From Octopus sinensis (Eukaryota): DNA of 64,000 nucleotides. The translations under genes were made by a program, and so were the position numbers. A model generated the notes under the pieces. It was not told the DNA's origin. It saw nothing but the letters and a program-made list of their open reading frames with translations, and ran no database searches. The DNA lies in contig NC_043006.1 in assembly GCF_006345805.1 (NCBI RefSeq), forward strand, positions 43,834,001 through 43,898,000. Direction: 5' to 3'. Of this stretch, positions 49,824-62,394 are shown piece after piece (positions within the stretch are counted from its first letter, which is position 1; each line of letters begins with the position of its first letter).

Positions 49824-49864
<41 letters not shown>

Positions 49865-50653
49865 GGAGATTTATCTAAGCAACTTTTTTTTTCATCCTAA
49901 CATTCTGATTATTATTATCACCAGCATCATGGTCATTATTATTATTGTTGTTGTTGCTGTTAACATTCTGTTATTACTCTTTAAAATGGAGAAGGTTTAG
50001 TGGTGCTGAGAAAGAAAAAAAATACCAGCTCAATGATTTACAGTAGAATGAATGCCTCATTGTTTGAGGTAATTTTTTTCCACTTTTTTGATCAAATGTC
50101 AAGGTTAACTTCTTTTTTTTTTTATTCCTACCCGCCTTCTTTTTAAATCACCCATCACCTCAAAGGTGTTAAAATATCTACCAGTAACAAAACTTGATCA
50201 AATCAAATGAATTTGTGAAATACATTAAAAATAACACCAAAATCCTGGACAATCTGCCAAGTGACAAAAGAAAATAATAATAAATAAACAAAAAAAGAAA
50301 AAGAAGACAGAAAATATTGGCAGAAATGGTATTTCCCCAGACTCTAAATGTTTTACAAATATTTTGTTCTGAACCTTTACATTGTGTGTTCAAATTCCAG
50401 GCATTACTAGTATGTAAATACCAGTAATGTAGCAACATTTTACAAACAAACTTTGAAAGAGTCAAATGTGTTTGGTATTTTACAGATAAGAAAGTGACTT
50501 TCAAACACAGTATAGTTGTGAAAACAGCAGAAAGAGTGGGCATTTTCCCGTTTTATAAGGGTAAAATTACCAATTCTTCTCTTGTTTTCATTCAAAATTT
50601 ATTTTCTTATCTGTAAAATACCAGTAATATTTTCATATCAATTCAAGTAACTC

Positions 50654-50832
50654 CCATATTTTAACATGTATAAGGAAGCCTCATGCATAAGGAACCCCCT
50701 AATTTTGGGGACTTAAAATTTGGAAAAAAGTTTTGTAAAGGATTATAATACTGTTCATGTATAAGAGACTCCCATATTTTTTAACATAATTTTTGACAAA
50801 AAGGTGTTCTTTATATACTTGTTAAAACACAG
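50654..50832. mobile_element. pogo/Tc2-like MITE remnant
   Basis: Left ccatattttaacatgtataag versus right end reverse complement tactgtgttttaacaagtata; imperfect TIR with TA at the right boundary. Confidence 0.45.
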
Positions 50833-51083
50833 TATATCACTTTCCCATAAATTTGAGGTTTTGTTTGGCTGAATAGAGTGTTAGCAAAATACCTTGCAGT
50901 ATTTAGTTATGGTCCTTTATGCCAGGAGTTCAACTCCTGTTTAGGTCAACTTCGCCCTTTATCCTTCACAGGTTGATAAAACTGTAACTACTGGGATTGA
51001 TATAATCCTTCAAAATAATATTTAGCCTCATGCAGCAGATAAAAAGCATTATTAGTAATAAAAATTATAAAATAGCAATGTTG

Positions 51084-51511
51084 GGTAAGCATGGCTGTTG
51101 GGTAAGAAGCTTGCTTACCAACCACATGGTTCCCGGGTTCACCCCATTGCATGGAACTTTGGACAGGTGTCTTCTACTATAGCCTTGGACCAACCAAAGC
51201 TTTGTGAGTAAATTTGGTAGACAGAAATATATATCTGTGTGTGTGTGTGTGGTGTGTGTGTGTGTGTGTGTGTGTGTGTCCGTGTCCGCGTGTGTGCATG
51301 TGTGTGTGTGTGCTTGTCCTTCCACTATCGCTTGACAATCGATATTGGTGTGTTTATGTCCTCTATAACTTAGTGGTTCGACAAAAGGGACTGATAGAAT
51401 AAGTACTAGGCTTACAAAGAATAAGTCCTGGGGTTGATTTGTTTGAGTAAAGGTGGTGCTCCAGCATGGCCACAGTCAAATGAGTGAAACAAGTAAACGA
51501 ATAAAAGAATA
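51084..51511 (+). mobile_element. Family A SINE, full length
   Basis: ggtaagaagcttgcttaccaaccacatggttcccgggttc...gtgtcttctactatagcc...gctccagcatggccacagtcaaatgagtgaaacaag. Confidence 0.92.
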
Positions 51512-51529
51512 ATTGTTTGTAGCCCGGAG

Positions 51530-51705
51530 ATTTGGGGCCAGTGTAGACGGTACATCAACCCAAGTAATTCACTTCCACTTTCCTAAAGGATAAACGGCAA
51601 AGTCGACCTCAGCCGGATTTGAACTCAGAATGCAGAATCAGAAGAAATACTAGAAAGCACGTTTTCCAATGCCCTACTGATTCTACCAACTGACATCCCC
51701 TTGAT
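51530..51705 (-). mobile_element. Degenerate family B SINE
   Basis: aaaggataaacggcaaagtcgacctcagccggatttgaactcagaatg. Confidence 0.7.
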
Positions 51706-51982
51706 ATTCTTATTATTATTCTTTTAACTCCAGTTTTGTGGGAACACCTGGAGTCATGCATGAGTGGCAGGCATGCTACCTGCAGCTTACAATACCATAT
51801 TATTTGTTCTCTTCAACCACCTTATGTTGTTCTGATGATTCTGACCATTCCAAAGAGGCAAACTTCTTGTAACGGTTCTACTGAGCACCCTATTGCTATT
51901 TTCTATTTTCTTCATATTCCTCTCAATACTTTTTGATACTGTATTATTCTGGTTATTGTTGTTGTTGCTGCTGCTAATGGTA

Positions 51983-52100
51983 TTATTACCTCCAGGCAGA
52001 GGTATTGTTTTCAGTCTGTGGACAAGATATCTCAAGAACCACTGGATGGATTTGAATGAAACTTTCAGGGATGTTTGGCCAGGCTATTTTGTACTTAAGA
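51983..52100 (+). mobile_element. Non-autonomous DNA transposon remnant (TATTACCTCC-type end)
   Basis: ttattacctccaggcagaggtattgttttc...gatatctcaagaaccactggatggatttgaatgaaactttcagg resembles a widespread aquatic-animal MITE end, as recalled. Confidence 0.4.
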
Positions 52101-52270
52101 AGGTTGTATCTATCTATCTTTTGGCCTTCCTTCTTGACTCAAAGGGGCATGCAACATCAACTATATAGCATATGTGGTGCACCTTGTTGACCACCACTAG
52201 GTCTGGTCTGTTATGCTCTAGCACCTGATCTGTTTGGATTGGGAAATCCCAGAGGATTTTGCAAATCTCC

Positions 52271-52317
<47 letters not shown>

Positions 52318-52439
52318 TATCATCATCATCATCATTAGTTGGGGCTCAGATTCAGTTGACTACAATCAAACTCAAAATGTGTGTTTGTTGGTCAAAAGTT
52401 TTAAAATAAAAATCATTGTAATATAGTTGTGAATCAGTA

Positions 52440-52640
52440 AATATTTTCATCTGGCTGAAATATTCTACCTGTTTTATGTTAAAACTGGCCAGATCTTACA
52501 CCTACCCTACAATATCATTCTGAAAATAAAGCGATCACATCTTCGAAATCTCAAAGCTATGAAATAAAGCACAATTAATTCCAAGCAGAATGAATAAATA
52601 AGCATTACATTTGACAGAGAGATCTGAATAACAAAGGGCC
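52440..52640 (+). mobile_element. MITE family P2 copy
   Basis: aaatattctacctgttttatgttaaaactggccagatc...cctaccctacaat...gaataaataagcattacatttgacagag. Confidence 0.8.
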
Positions 52641-52763
52641 TGGAAAGCCTTTGATTAGAAATAGCTTTGTTTAACGAGGGCTAATCTTGGAGCGAGCAAC
52701 ATCAACAACAGCAACAATCTTCAAAATCAGAATTGCTATTTGTAAGAAGGGAATCACTAAAAG

Positions 52764-53212
52764 TCCTCTCTACTAAAGGCACAAGGTCTGAAATTTGGGG
52801 CGAGCGGGAGCTAGTTGATTACATCGACCCCCCCCCCCCCCGTTTCAATGGTGATTGATTTATCGACCCCGAAAGGATGAAAAGCAAAGTCGACCTTGGT
52901 GGAATTTGAACTCAGAATATAAAGGCAGAGGAAATGCTGTTAAGCATTTTGCCCAGCATGCAGAAGATTCTGCCACCTTAATGATGATGATGATGATCCT
53001 CTCTACTAAAGGCACAAGGCCTGGAATTTGCGGGGAGGGGACTAGTAGATTACATTGAGCCCCAGTGTTTCACTGGTACTAAATTTATCGATCCCGAAAG
53101 GATGAAAGGCAAAGTCAACCTCAGCAGTATTTGAACTCGACATGCGAAGACCAACAAAATGTGGCTAAGCATTTTGCCCCGTGTACTAACGATTCTGCCA
53201 GCTCGCCACCTT
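52764..53212 (-). mobile_element. Two tandem family B SINEs (52764-52979 and 52997-53212) joined by (ATG)n
   Basis: Both start tcctctctactaaaggcacaagg on the plus strand and carry atcga.cccgaaaggatgaaa.gcaaagtc.acct. Confidence 0.9.
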
Positions 53213-54020
53213 TTTAATTACTAATAATACAACCTTTGACCGCTGCCACCGCAAATACTACTGTTACTCCAAATACTTCTACAGCCACCACCATCACCAC
53301 CACCACTACTACTACTAAAACTACATTTGTTTTCAAATTTCATAGCTTTGTGGTTGTGTAGGAAAAAGAAAAAAAAACCTAGATCAAAAGATATAAAAAA
53401 AATAAACAATCGAATTTGTAATTCTGATAAAACTATCATATCAGAACACCAAGGGCTGAAGCCAACACAAGAGCTTAAACAGAGAAAACTATAAGAGGCT
53501 GATGACATGTGGCTTACTCACGAGGTTTCAAATCCAAGTAAAAGTAGGTTGAAGAGCCAAAGAATTCATGTCAGTATTATTTTGTTGTTGTTGTTGCTGC
53601 TGTTGTTATAGTTATGGTTTTTGTTGTTGCTAGTATTTCCTACTGAAAGGAGGTGGTGGCGGGAGAGGTGGAGAAATCACTCAGAGACCATATATTCCCA
53701 TCAGTAACGTAACTAGAAACTGCAGAAAATTAAAAATCAATACAAATTTATATTTAGTCATCCACTCATGCCCACCGCCAACAATGCCATCACCATTCGT
53801 TTCCACCCCCCACCTCCGCCCCTGCCACCACTGCAACAGCCATCATCATGATCAGCATCACCATCATTACTACCAGCATCATCATCATCTATACTATCGT
53901 CATATTAATTCTATTTAATAATGCATTTTATGCAAAGTTTAAGCATAATTAGTTTTGTTAAAAATGAAAAAGAAATTTAAAAAAAAAGAAAAGATTTATA
54001 TGCTTTTTTTTACTGGTGTA

Positions 54021-54188
54021 GGTGGTAGTGGTGAAGGTGGTGGTGGTGAAGGTGGTGGTGATGAAGGTGGTAGTGGTGAAGGTGGTAGTGGTGAAGGTGG
54101 TGGTGGTGAAGGTGGTAGTGGTGAAGGTAGAACTAGTGGTAGTAGAAGTAGCAGCAGTAGCAGTGGTAGTAGAAGTAGCAGCAGTAGC
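54021..54188. repeat. 15-bp minisatellite (ggtggtagtggtgaa, 7 copies) followed by a 27-bp unit in 2 copies
   Basis: Direct reading; accounts for the GGSGE and VVVK ORFs. Confidence 0.85.
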
Positions 54189-56739
54189 AGTAGTAGTAGT
54201 AGTAGCTGAAGTGGTGATGGGTGAAGCTCTTAACAGTGGCAGTGGTGTTGTGGAATTTCATTTCATAAACTGTGACTAAAAAGGAAAGAGAAACAAGGGG
54301 GGGGGAAAACAACAAACAAAAACAACAAGGAAAGAAGCACTGAGTAAATGATGGAGGGTGGGGGTGGGAGGTGTTCGGACGAGGGGAGGGGGCGGATGAG
54401 GATGAGGGGGTAGATAAATAGACACATAGAGAAAGAAAGTAACAAAGTCAGTCAACCAGGGAGAAGGAGTTTGGAGGTGAGGGGGTGGGGAGAGACAGTC
54501 AAAGGAACAGAAATATGTGTATGTATGCATGTATGCATGACGGAAAGGTGTGTGGTGGGGATAGATGGAGGAAGAGGGGGATAGCCACTTAGTCAAATGA
54601 CCCCCCACCTCCCACAACCAAGAGAAAGATGACAAAAAGAGGAGAGGGGGAGGAGCAAGAAAGGTCCAAGGAACAAAGCAGGGACCCTATGTGTGTGTGT
54701 ATGAGAGAGATAGAGAGAGAGAAATAGAAGAGAAAGCAAAGGACAGCTAGAAGAGAGAAAACAATGAGACAGCTAGGAGGGGGGTGTTCAATGAGTTAAA
54801 AGAGAATGTGTGCAAGAGAGAGGGGGAGCGAGAGAGAGAGAGAGAGAGAGAGTGGACGAGGAGAGAGAGGGGATCGGGAAAGAGGGAGAGAGGGGACGAA
54901 GAGAAAGAGGGATAGGGAAAGAGGGAGAGAGAAAGAGAGCGAATAACACTGATGCCTTACCAAGTTCTACAAAACTGGTCCCTTATCACTGTTGAGGGAA
55001 AATAGAGAGAGAGCAAGAGAGTAGGGGAGAAAGAGAGACAGATAGGTAGACAGAGAGACAGAAACAGAGAGAGAGAGAGAAGAAAGGATAGAAAGAAGGA
55101 GGGTGTGTCACAGTATGAAATGATGAGACATTGGCTCGGATCAACCTACAGGGGGCTTTGCATGCTTTACTTTCTGACACCGACACTCGCCCACCCTTCC
55201 CGTGTGCATTGATGACCTTGCACACTTTGGCTGCAGTGGTCAGGGAATTGGAACAGTGGCAACCACTGTCCTCAAGCAAAAGACGGAGCACCACGGCGTC
55301 ATGGACACGGTGGCGGCATGGCGGTGTGCACGTCAATGGCAACAGTCAGTTGTTCAAAAGGCAGGACATTCCTCCACTAAGCGCTCAACACCACTACCAC
55401 CACCAAACCCACCAACACCACTACCACCACCAAACCCACCAACACCACCACCACCACCACAGGCACTGACATTACTCACACCCCATCTCACCCCCATATC
55501 GCTATCACAGTCATTCAGCTTGCTTTGGGTGGGGGGGACCCCTACCCAACCTCTCCAATATGCAAGCTTTGTTCTAACAAAGTTTGATGAACTTGACAAC
55601 ATTGAATGAATGACTTGAGTATTTCTGGGTGAAGGAGGTAAATATAAGAATGGTAATGCGTGCACGTGTGTGTGTGTGTGTGTGTGTTCCCAAAACAAAG
55701 CTAAGGTGGGAGGTGAGAGGTTGTATGTGTATTAGTGTGAGACAGAGAGAAAAGAGAATAATGATACTGTGTCAGAGAGAGAGGGGGGAGAGAGAGTGTG
55801 TGTGTGTGTGTGTGTATGAGAGAGAGTGTATGTATCTGAAAGAGAAAGTGAGAGAATGAGCGTGAAAGAGAGATTGTGTGTGTGTGTGTGTGTGTGAGTA
55901 AGAGGGGGGCGTGCACTCATGTGTGAACATGTATGTGCAAGCATTTATTTGAACATATAAAATGCATATACATCTGGATGCATTTCTGCGTATGTGTATT
56001 TTTGCACATGTGTTGTATGTGTATGCATAAGAGAGAGAGAGAGAGAATATACAATACTAGTGAAATGCATGATTGTATATTTCTAAAAATTGCATGAATG
56101 TGTGTGTATGTGTGAGAGGCAGACAGACAGATGATAATACCAAGTAAGAGACGCTGCATAGAAGAGTTTTAATGAACTATTTCGCTTAACTGGTACAAAA
56201 ATATCTGATAAAAGTACAAAAGAAAGAACAAGTTGTAAAATTTGTGACACATTTTTGTAAGTTCAAAACTAAAAATTTGCTCCTTCAATGCTCATCTAGA
56301 TCATAACTCACTTCTCTTTCTATTCTTTTTTTTTTTTTTCCTTCTGAAAACTGACGAAGAATAAATTCAAAAAGAAGGCAAAATAAAAGTTAAAAAAAAA
56401 AGAAAAAAGTTTCAATATAAAGGAATGCAGGAAAGATTTCTTCCTTTTATACTTCATACAATCTTTTAGGATTGGATAAAATATCAACAACAGACACAAT
56501 TTTACTGAAATTTATAGAATTTACTGTTGTGTCAGTTCAGTCTTTCTCTCTCTCTCTCTCCTTCTTTCACTTTTACACTTTCTTCCTCCCCATCTCTCTC
56601 TCTTTCCTTCTCAAATTTTCTCTTTAGCTACTTTCACTTTGTTTGTTTGTTGGCTTCCATTCTCCAGCTTATTCGTCCATTTCTCTCCAGCATCTTTGTT
56701 ACCATTTACTCTACATACCATACCATGCATACAAGTGTG

Positions 56740-57184
56740 TAGCATAGCACCATATACATATATATATATATATATATAAACACACACACACACACACACA
56801 GAGATAAATGCACACATACATATATATCCATATTTTATACGCACACAGCAAATTCAAACACATACACACATATACAAACTTATACCGACACACTTTGTAT
56901 GTGTGCATGCATGAGTGTGTGTATATATATATATATATATTTATTTAGTTACATATATGCATATACCTACACACACATACCTACATACATATATATATAA
57001 AATGTATTTGCGTGTGTATGTATATATATATATATACACATACATATATATAAAATGTGTAGATTATGTATATATACATATATGTATGTGTATATATATA
57101 CATTTAGCTACAAATATGTGTATATATGTGTGTATATATATGTGTGTATATATATGTATGTGTGTGTGTATATATATGTATGTA

Positions 57185-57216
<32 letters not shown>

Positions 57217-57275
57217 CATACACACACATATATATACATATTAATATATACACATATATATATATATACATATGT
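56740..57275. repeat. Long alternating purine-pyrimidine (TA/TG/CA) tract
   Basis: Over 500 bp of interrupted (TA)n/(TG)n/(CA)n. Confidence 0.9.
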
Positions 57276-58616
57276 ATCACTAACCTATTTTCATTTTGTC
57301 TACCTCTTTAGTCCTGTCCTCTCCCTCTCTCTTTTCCTTTTCACTTTTCGAACAAATATTGAAAGCAAGACAGATAGATAGATAGATAGATAAATACAAG
57401 GAGAAAGACAGAGATTGGGGGTGTGGTGGGGGTAGAGAATGAGACACAGAAAGAAGTTTGGAATGAGTCACCAAAGTTGAGTAGTTTTACTTCTGCTACT
57501 GTCAGCGATTATCAACAGGGACAGTCTCCTCTCATTGCAGCAACAGCAGCAGCAGCAGTTGATGCCAGCATCAGAGATTGAACTACCAGAAATTCAAGAG
57601 ATGAGAGAATAAATAAAGTGGGGGTGGGGTGGGGTGAGAAAAAATAAAAGAAAATAAATCACCCCCTTCCCATGAAAAAAAAAGGAAAAAAAAAAGAGAA
57701 ACTATTAACAAAAAGTCCATATATGTTCAGCCAGCTCCTTGGTTTGAGCCAGGCACATACAATACATCATCAGAGCCACCTTCACCATCACCACCAGCAG
57801 CAGCAGCAACAAGCCGATCGTAAATCATCACTATCATTATCTGGTGCAATCATTCCCATCAGCAGAGAACCCTCATCACAACCACAATCATCAACATCCT
57901 TGTCGTCATTGTCATGCCGATGATGGGCATTGTCGTTATCGTGAGCCCCCCCCCCCCGCCACCAACCCAAAATCTCATCATAATAAACCATATCATCACA
58001 AACATCCTTAACCTCACAACCTCAACATCACAACTTCACACCATCATTACAACCCTGCCGCCACCGCCCACACCACCATCACAACCACCACCACCAATGC
58101 AGCTTCATTGGCTCCACACAACCCACCCACCCCCCTCCCACACCCTGTTATCTTTGCCCGCCACTATGATAAACACCATCACCAATGCTTTCATACCACC
58201 ACCACCACCAATGCCGCCACCACCGCCATTAAGCATTCCCTTCACTTTCACTCTTTCCACTTTCCAACACCAACTCACCTTGCAATCAAAGATCCCCTGC
58301 TCCTATTTCTCTTCCAAGAACCCTACCTTCACCAGCTTCCCAACTGAATGCGCCTAAGTCCAGCTGCCCTTTATTAGGCCAATGTTTAACTTCTACTTAT
58401 TCGCCCTCTCTCTCTCTCTCTTTCTCTCTCTAGTCTTATTGACACCTTTTGTCTTTAATCCATAAATCATTCAGACTACACCGATATCCTTCTGCCCACC
58501 ATTATCATTATAACCATACAGTGTCCATTCATGTACGCATGCTTAAGTAATGTCAATATACATTTACATACAACACACCAGGGCTATGCCTTTCATTATT
58601 ATTATCATCATTATCA

Positions 58617-58651
<35 letters not shown>

Positions 58652-59241
58652 TGTTGTTGTGCAGCAGAGTTGGAACAAAATAGGGAAACGACTCAAAGAG
58701 AACCACAAATTTTAAGGTTTCACAATTCTGTTTTGGAATCTCATCTTTATCTCTCTAGGGTTTGGCAAAAGTACTTAGAAAAGTAAGGTACTGGTGCTGA
58801 TATGAATTCACAGTATTGCTTCTCTTAACAAAATTAGTCTTGCTTTTATGTTCCTTACATTTAGCCCCAGGCCAGCACTGATCCAGCAGAGCTATGATCA
58901 AAGACAATCCAATTTAACTATCTCTGTTCAAACACAATGACGCATCCTCGGTTTCTTTTTGTTGGTCGTTTGCTTTTTTTTTTAATATGGCATGGCGTTG
59001 TTGTTGTTGTTTTTTAGCCCCAAGTTCAGCTATGAGTAAGCAAGCTGTAGAAGGGGAAAAAAGGGACGGTGGACAGAAGAAAAATCAGGTCAACAATATC
59101 AAGGAACAGAGGAGAACTGAGTGCTGGCACATTGCCATGGCAGATGGGGAAGATTGATGTAGATGCACAGCATGTCACAATGGAGCCCCTATGATGCTAT
59201 CAAGGTTTCAAAGCTGTTGAGTAGATTTGATAGCCAAAAAC

Positions 59242-59280
<39 letters not shown>

Positions 59281-59289
59281 TGTTTGTGT

Positions 59290-59525
59290 TACTTTCACCT
59301 TGCCTTTGTTTCACACGATAATTGTAAAAGAATGTCACTGCCATGCAAGGGGTTTCCTTCATCTCCAATCTTCTGTAAAAACATGTCTGGCCATAGGGAA
59401 ATATCATGTTACTTGGAAGCCAGTGAGGGTTGGTGAAAGGAAGGACAGCAGGCCATTGAAAATCCACCTTGACAAATTCCATCTCAGCCATGCAAGCAGG
59501 GCAAAGTGCATGTTAAAAACGCTGG
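59290..59525 (+). mobile_element. SINE 3' part related to the family C tail
   Basis: aaaacatgtctggccatagggaaatatc...gtgagggttggtgaaaggaaggacagcaggcc...cagccatgcaagcagggcaaagtgcatgttaaaaacg. Confidence 0.6.
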
Positions 59526-60891
59526 GAACGTATTTTAAACAAGAGATGAAAATTGTGTACGATCAAAATTAATAAGAGCGAATGTAAAACATTAACTATC
59601 CCAGATTACCAAAATGAATAAAAAAAAAAAGTTGCATTCTTCCCCTCATTTCCCCACCCAATCAGCCCAAAAGGAAGGAGAGATATATAAATATATTACA
59701 AAAATAAAGAAAAAATTTTATTTAAATATGCTTGAATTTCTCTGTTTTGACCATCAGAGATCCCGATCATCAAAAATAATAAAAGTTTATCTTCTTATTC
59801 TGAACTCTGAATCCTTGCGGAATTACCAGAAAAGGGAAAATTACAAGCATGTTTGGTTATAATGATAATAGTGGGCAGAAGAATATTGGTGTAGTACTGA
59901 AGATGCTGACGTTTTCCAGTTTTTTTAGAGTATGAAGAACAGAAGGAAGAGAGCCAGCAAACGGCATCCCTTAATAACCTGACCGTTGGCTGTTATTACA
60001 CTATTGCATCTTGAGTGTTATTACATCATTACATCATGATTTATTACATCATTACATTTCGTAGAAAAGTGATCATACACGTTGTCTTGCTTTTTAAACA
60101 GATTGTTACAGTTCCCATTTGTTATTCATGCTGTTATCAAATAAATCCTATAACCATTACTACATAATTGATAAAGCGATACAAAAGCGTGACAGGTGCA
60201 TAAAACATGACTTTTGTGTGTGTGTGTGTGTGTAAATTGTAAGGAATTATAGTAGATATATTTCCAGTAAATGGGGGGAGGGAGGGAGGTGGACAATGAA
60301 AATAAATTCAGATTCTCCCACATAAACCCCCACCCCACCCCCAACCCTCAATCAAGATTTCTTTCTTTGTTGAAAACATAGAAATCTGAAAACTGTTCCA
60401 AGGAAAAAAAAAAAATTTTTTTTTTAAAGATGATAAAATTAAATAAAAATACGATACATAAATATAAACTTAGTGAGCTGGGGCACATCATTCACCTATT
60501 TTGAAGTATTTACTGGTTTCAGCAATTCAATATTAATATTTGTTATAATTGTGATAGAGCCATTTTCATTCACTTTTACAAGTCTATGTACACGCACACA
60601 CATGCACATATACATACACACACATATGCATGCACATGCACACATTCCAGTAGCGACTATCTTTTGTTTTTGTTTTTGTTTTTTTACTGGAGGTGGAATA
60701 CTTTTAGTATTGCATTGTCTAATGTATCTTTTTTTGGCAAGGTATCATTTGAAAGAAAATTTGATTGCTGTTTCTAGCAAACCAAGGAGTGGTTCTCAAC
60801 CGGTGTCCATGTAAGATTCTTTTGCTAAATATTTTGTGTATCGTAGAAGCAAAACCAATTTTATTATACTTCTACTATGCATTTCTATTTA

Positions 60892-61309
60892 TAGCCTTAG
60901 GCTGATTTGGTAGAGGGAAACTGTAAGAAGCCCCTTGTATATATGTATATGTGTGTCTTTGTTTGTCCCCAACCACTACTTGACAATTATTTTGGTGTGT
61001 TCACACACACACACCCACTAACTTAGCACTTCAGCAAAAGAGGCAAACAGAATAAGTACCAGACTTTAAAAAAAAAAACAAAAGGAGAAACTACTGGGGT
61101 CAAATCATTATACTAAGAATTCTTCAAGGCAGTGCCCCAGCATAGCCACAACGCAATGATTGCAACAAGTAAAATTTTGCCTTTCATCCTTTCGGGGTCG
61201 ATTAAATAAGTACCAGTTGTGCACTGGGGTCGATGTAATCGACTTAATCCATTTGTCTGTCTTTGTTTGTCCTCTCTGTGTTTAGCCCCTTGTGGGTAGT
61301 AAAGAAATA
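60892..61309 (+). mobile_element. Family A SINE 3' part (60892-61174) fused to a family B 3' part (61176-61309)
   Basis: gatttggtagagggaaactgtaagaagcc...gtgccccagcatagccac...caagtaaaa, then tttgcctttcatcctttcggggtcgattaaataagtaccag...gggtagtaaagaaata. Confidence 0.8.
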
Positions 61310-61602
61310 TATATATATATTGATATTAGTTGACAACTTAGCTCAGATTGCAGCTGATATATCTAAACTAGGATAGCAGAGACATTTCAACAATAGACTT
61401 GAGGCCTAATACAATTTAGTCACATCCTCTCACTCACTGGGAATTCAAATCCCACTTGGGATTTCACTGGGTTTCATATGTGTGGAAGTGAGGGATAAGT
61501 GTCAATAACATGCTGTAGATCAAATTATTCAGCTGGAAACTTCCTCAAAAAAAATAATAAATAAATCTGTGATCTTGGCAGAAGCAGTTAAGTATGAAGC
61601 CT

Positions 61603-61825
61603 TTAACTCTTTCGTTACCGTATTTATTTTGAGATGCTCTGTGTTTCTTTCAATTAATTTTAATTATAACAAAGAAGTTATGAAATAACTTAGTTGTTGT
61701 TAAGCTAGTGTTAGGAACATAAATTATGACTAAGGTTTGGTGGAAGATTTTAATTCAAGGCTTTTGAAAACAAGACATTTGTACTACAGAGCTGGTTTCA
61801 GCCGGGTTGGTATCGAAAGGGTTAA
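61603..61825 (+). mobile_element. piggyBac-like MITE family P1, monomer
   Basis: TTAA-ctctttcgttac...gtatcgaaaggg-TTAA; internal sequence aligns to the 31656 and 15142 copies. Confidence 0.9.
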
Positions 61826-61984
61826 ATATGTTATTGTAGTTACTCTCAATTGTTATATTGTGAGTTCAAATTCTGCAAAGATCAACTTAACTCTTCACCC
61901 TTGAAATAAATTATGTACTTGTTATGTTACTAAGTTGTTTGCACAGGCAGTGTTTCTCGACTATCCTTTTTTTTTTTTTTTTTA

Positions 61985-62152
61985 CCTCTGTGGAATGGTT
62001 GGTGTTAGGAAGAGCACCCAGCCGTAAAAACAGAGAACGAAGCATGATACAGTCTTCTGTCTAGCCAGCTCCTGTCAAACCATCCAGCCCATGCCGGCAT
62101 AGAAAGCAGATGTTAAATGATGATGATGATGATGGACCCTTTGATTTCTATT
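61985..62152 (+). mobile_element. Family C retroposon 3' end with (GAT)n tail
   Basis: ggttggtgttaggaagagcacccagccgt...cccatgccggcatagaaagcagatgttaaatgatgatgatg. Confidence 0.75.
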
Positions 62153-62394
62153 TAACTGGATCTCCATAGCCATTCAATGTATATAAAAAAAAAATTCTAC
62201 TTTATTTTCATAGTGAAGTATTATTAAGAATCGTATAAAAAAGTATTAATTAATTTTGTGCACTGTCCAAGTATAAACAATTTGTTGCACATAAATTTTA
62301 ACAACAAAATTTTATATGACCTCCCAAAGGCCATCTGGACCCTGGTTGATTGACTATCCTTCTCTCCAGCAACAATTCATCTTATGCTTACCTT

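Noticed and set aside
53955-54279. Gly/Ser-rich GGSGE ORF resembling a structural protein
   Set aside because: A 15-bp minisatellite open in several frames, with no credible start, signal peptide or splice sites.
55131-55698. Overlapping 112-135 aa ORFs on both strands
   Set aside because: They extend into CA/CCA repeats and give poly-H/P/G peptides; explained by local GC richness rather than coding.
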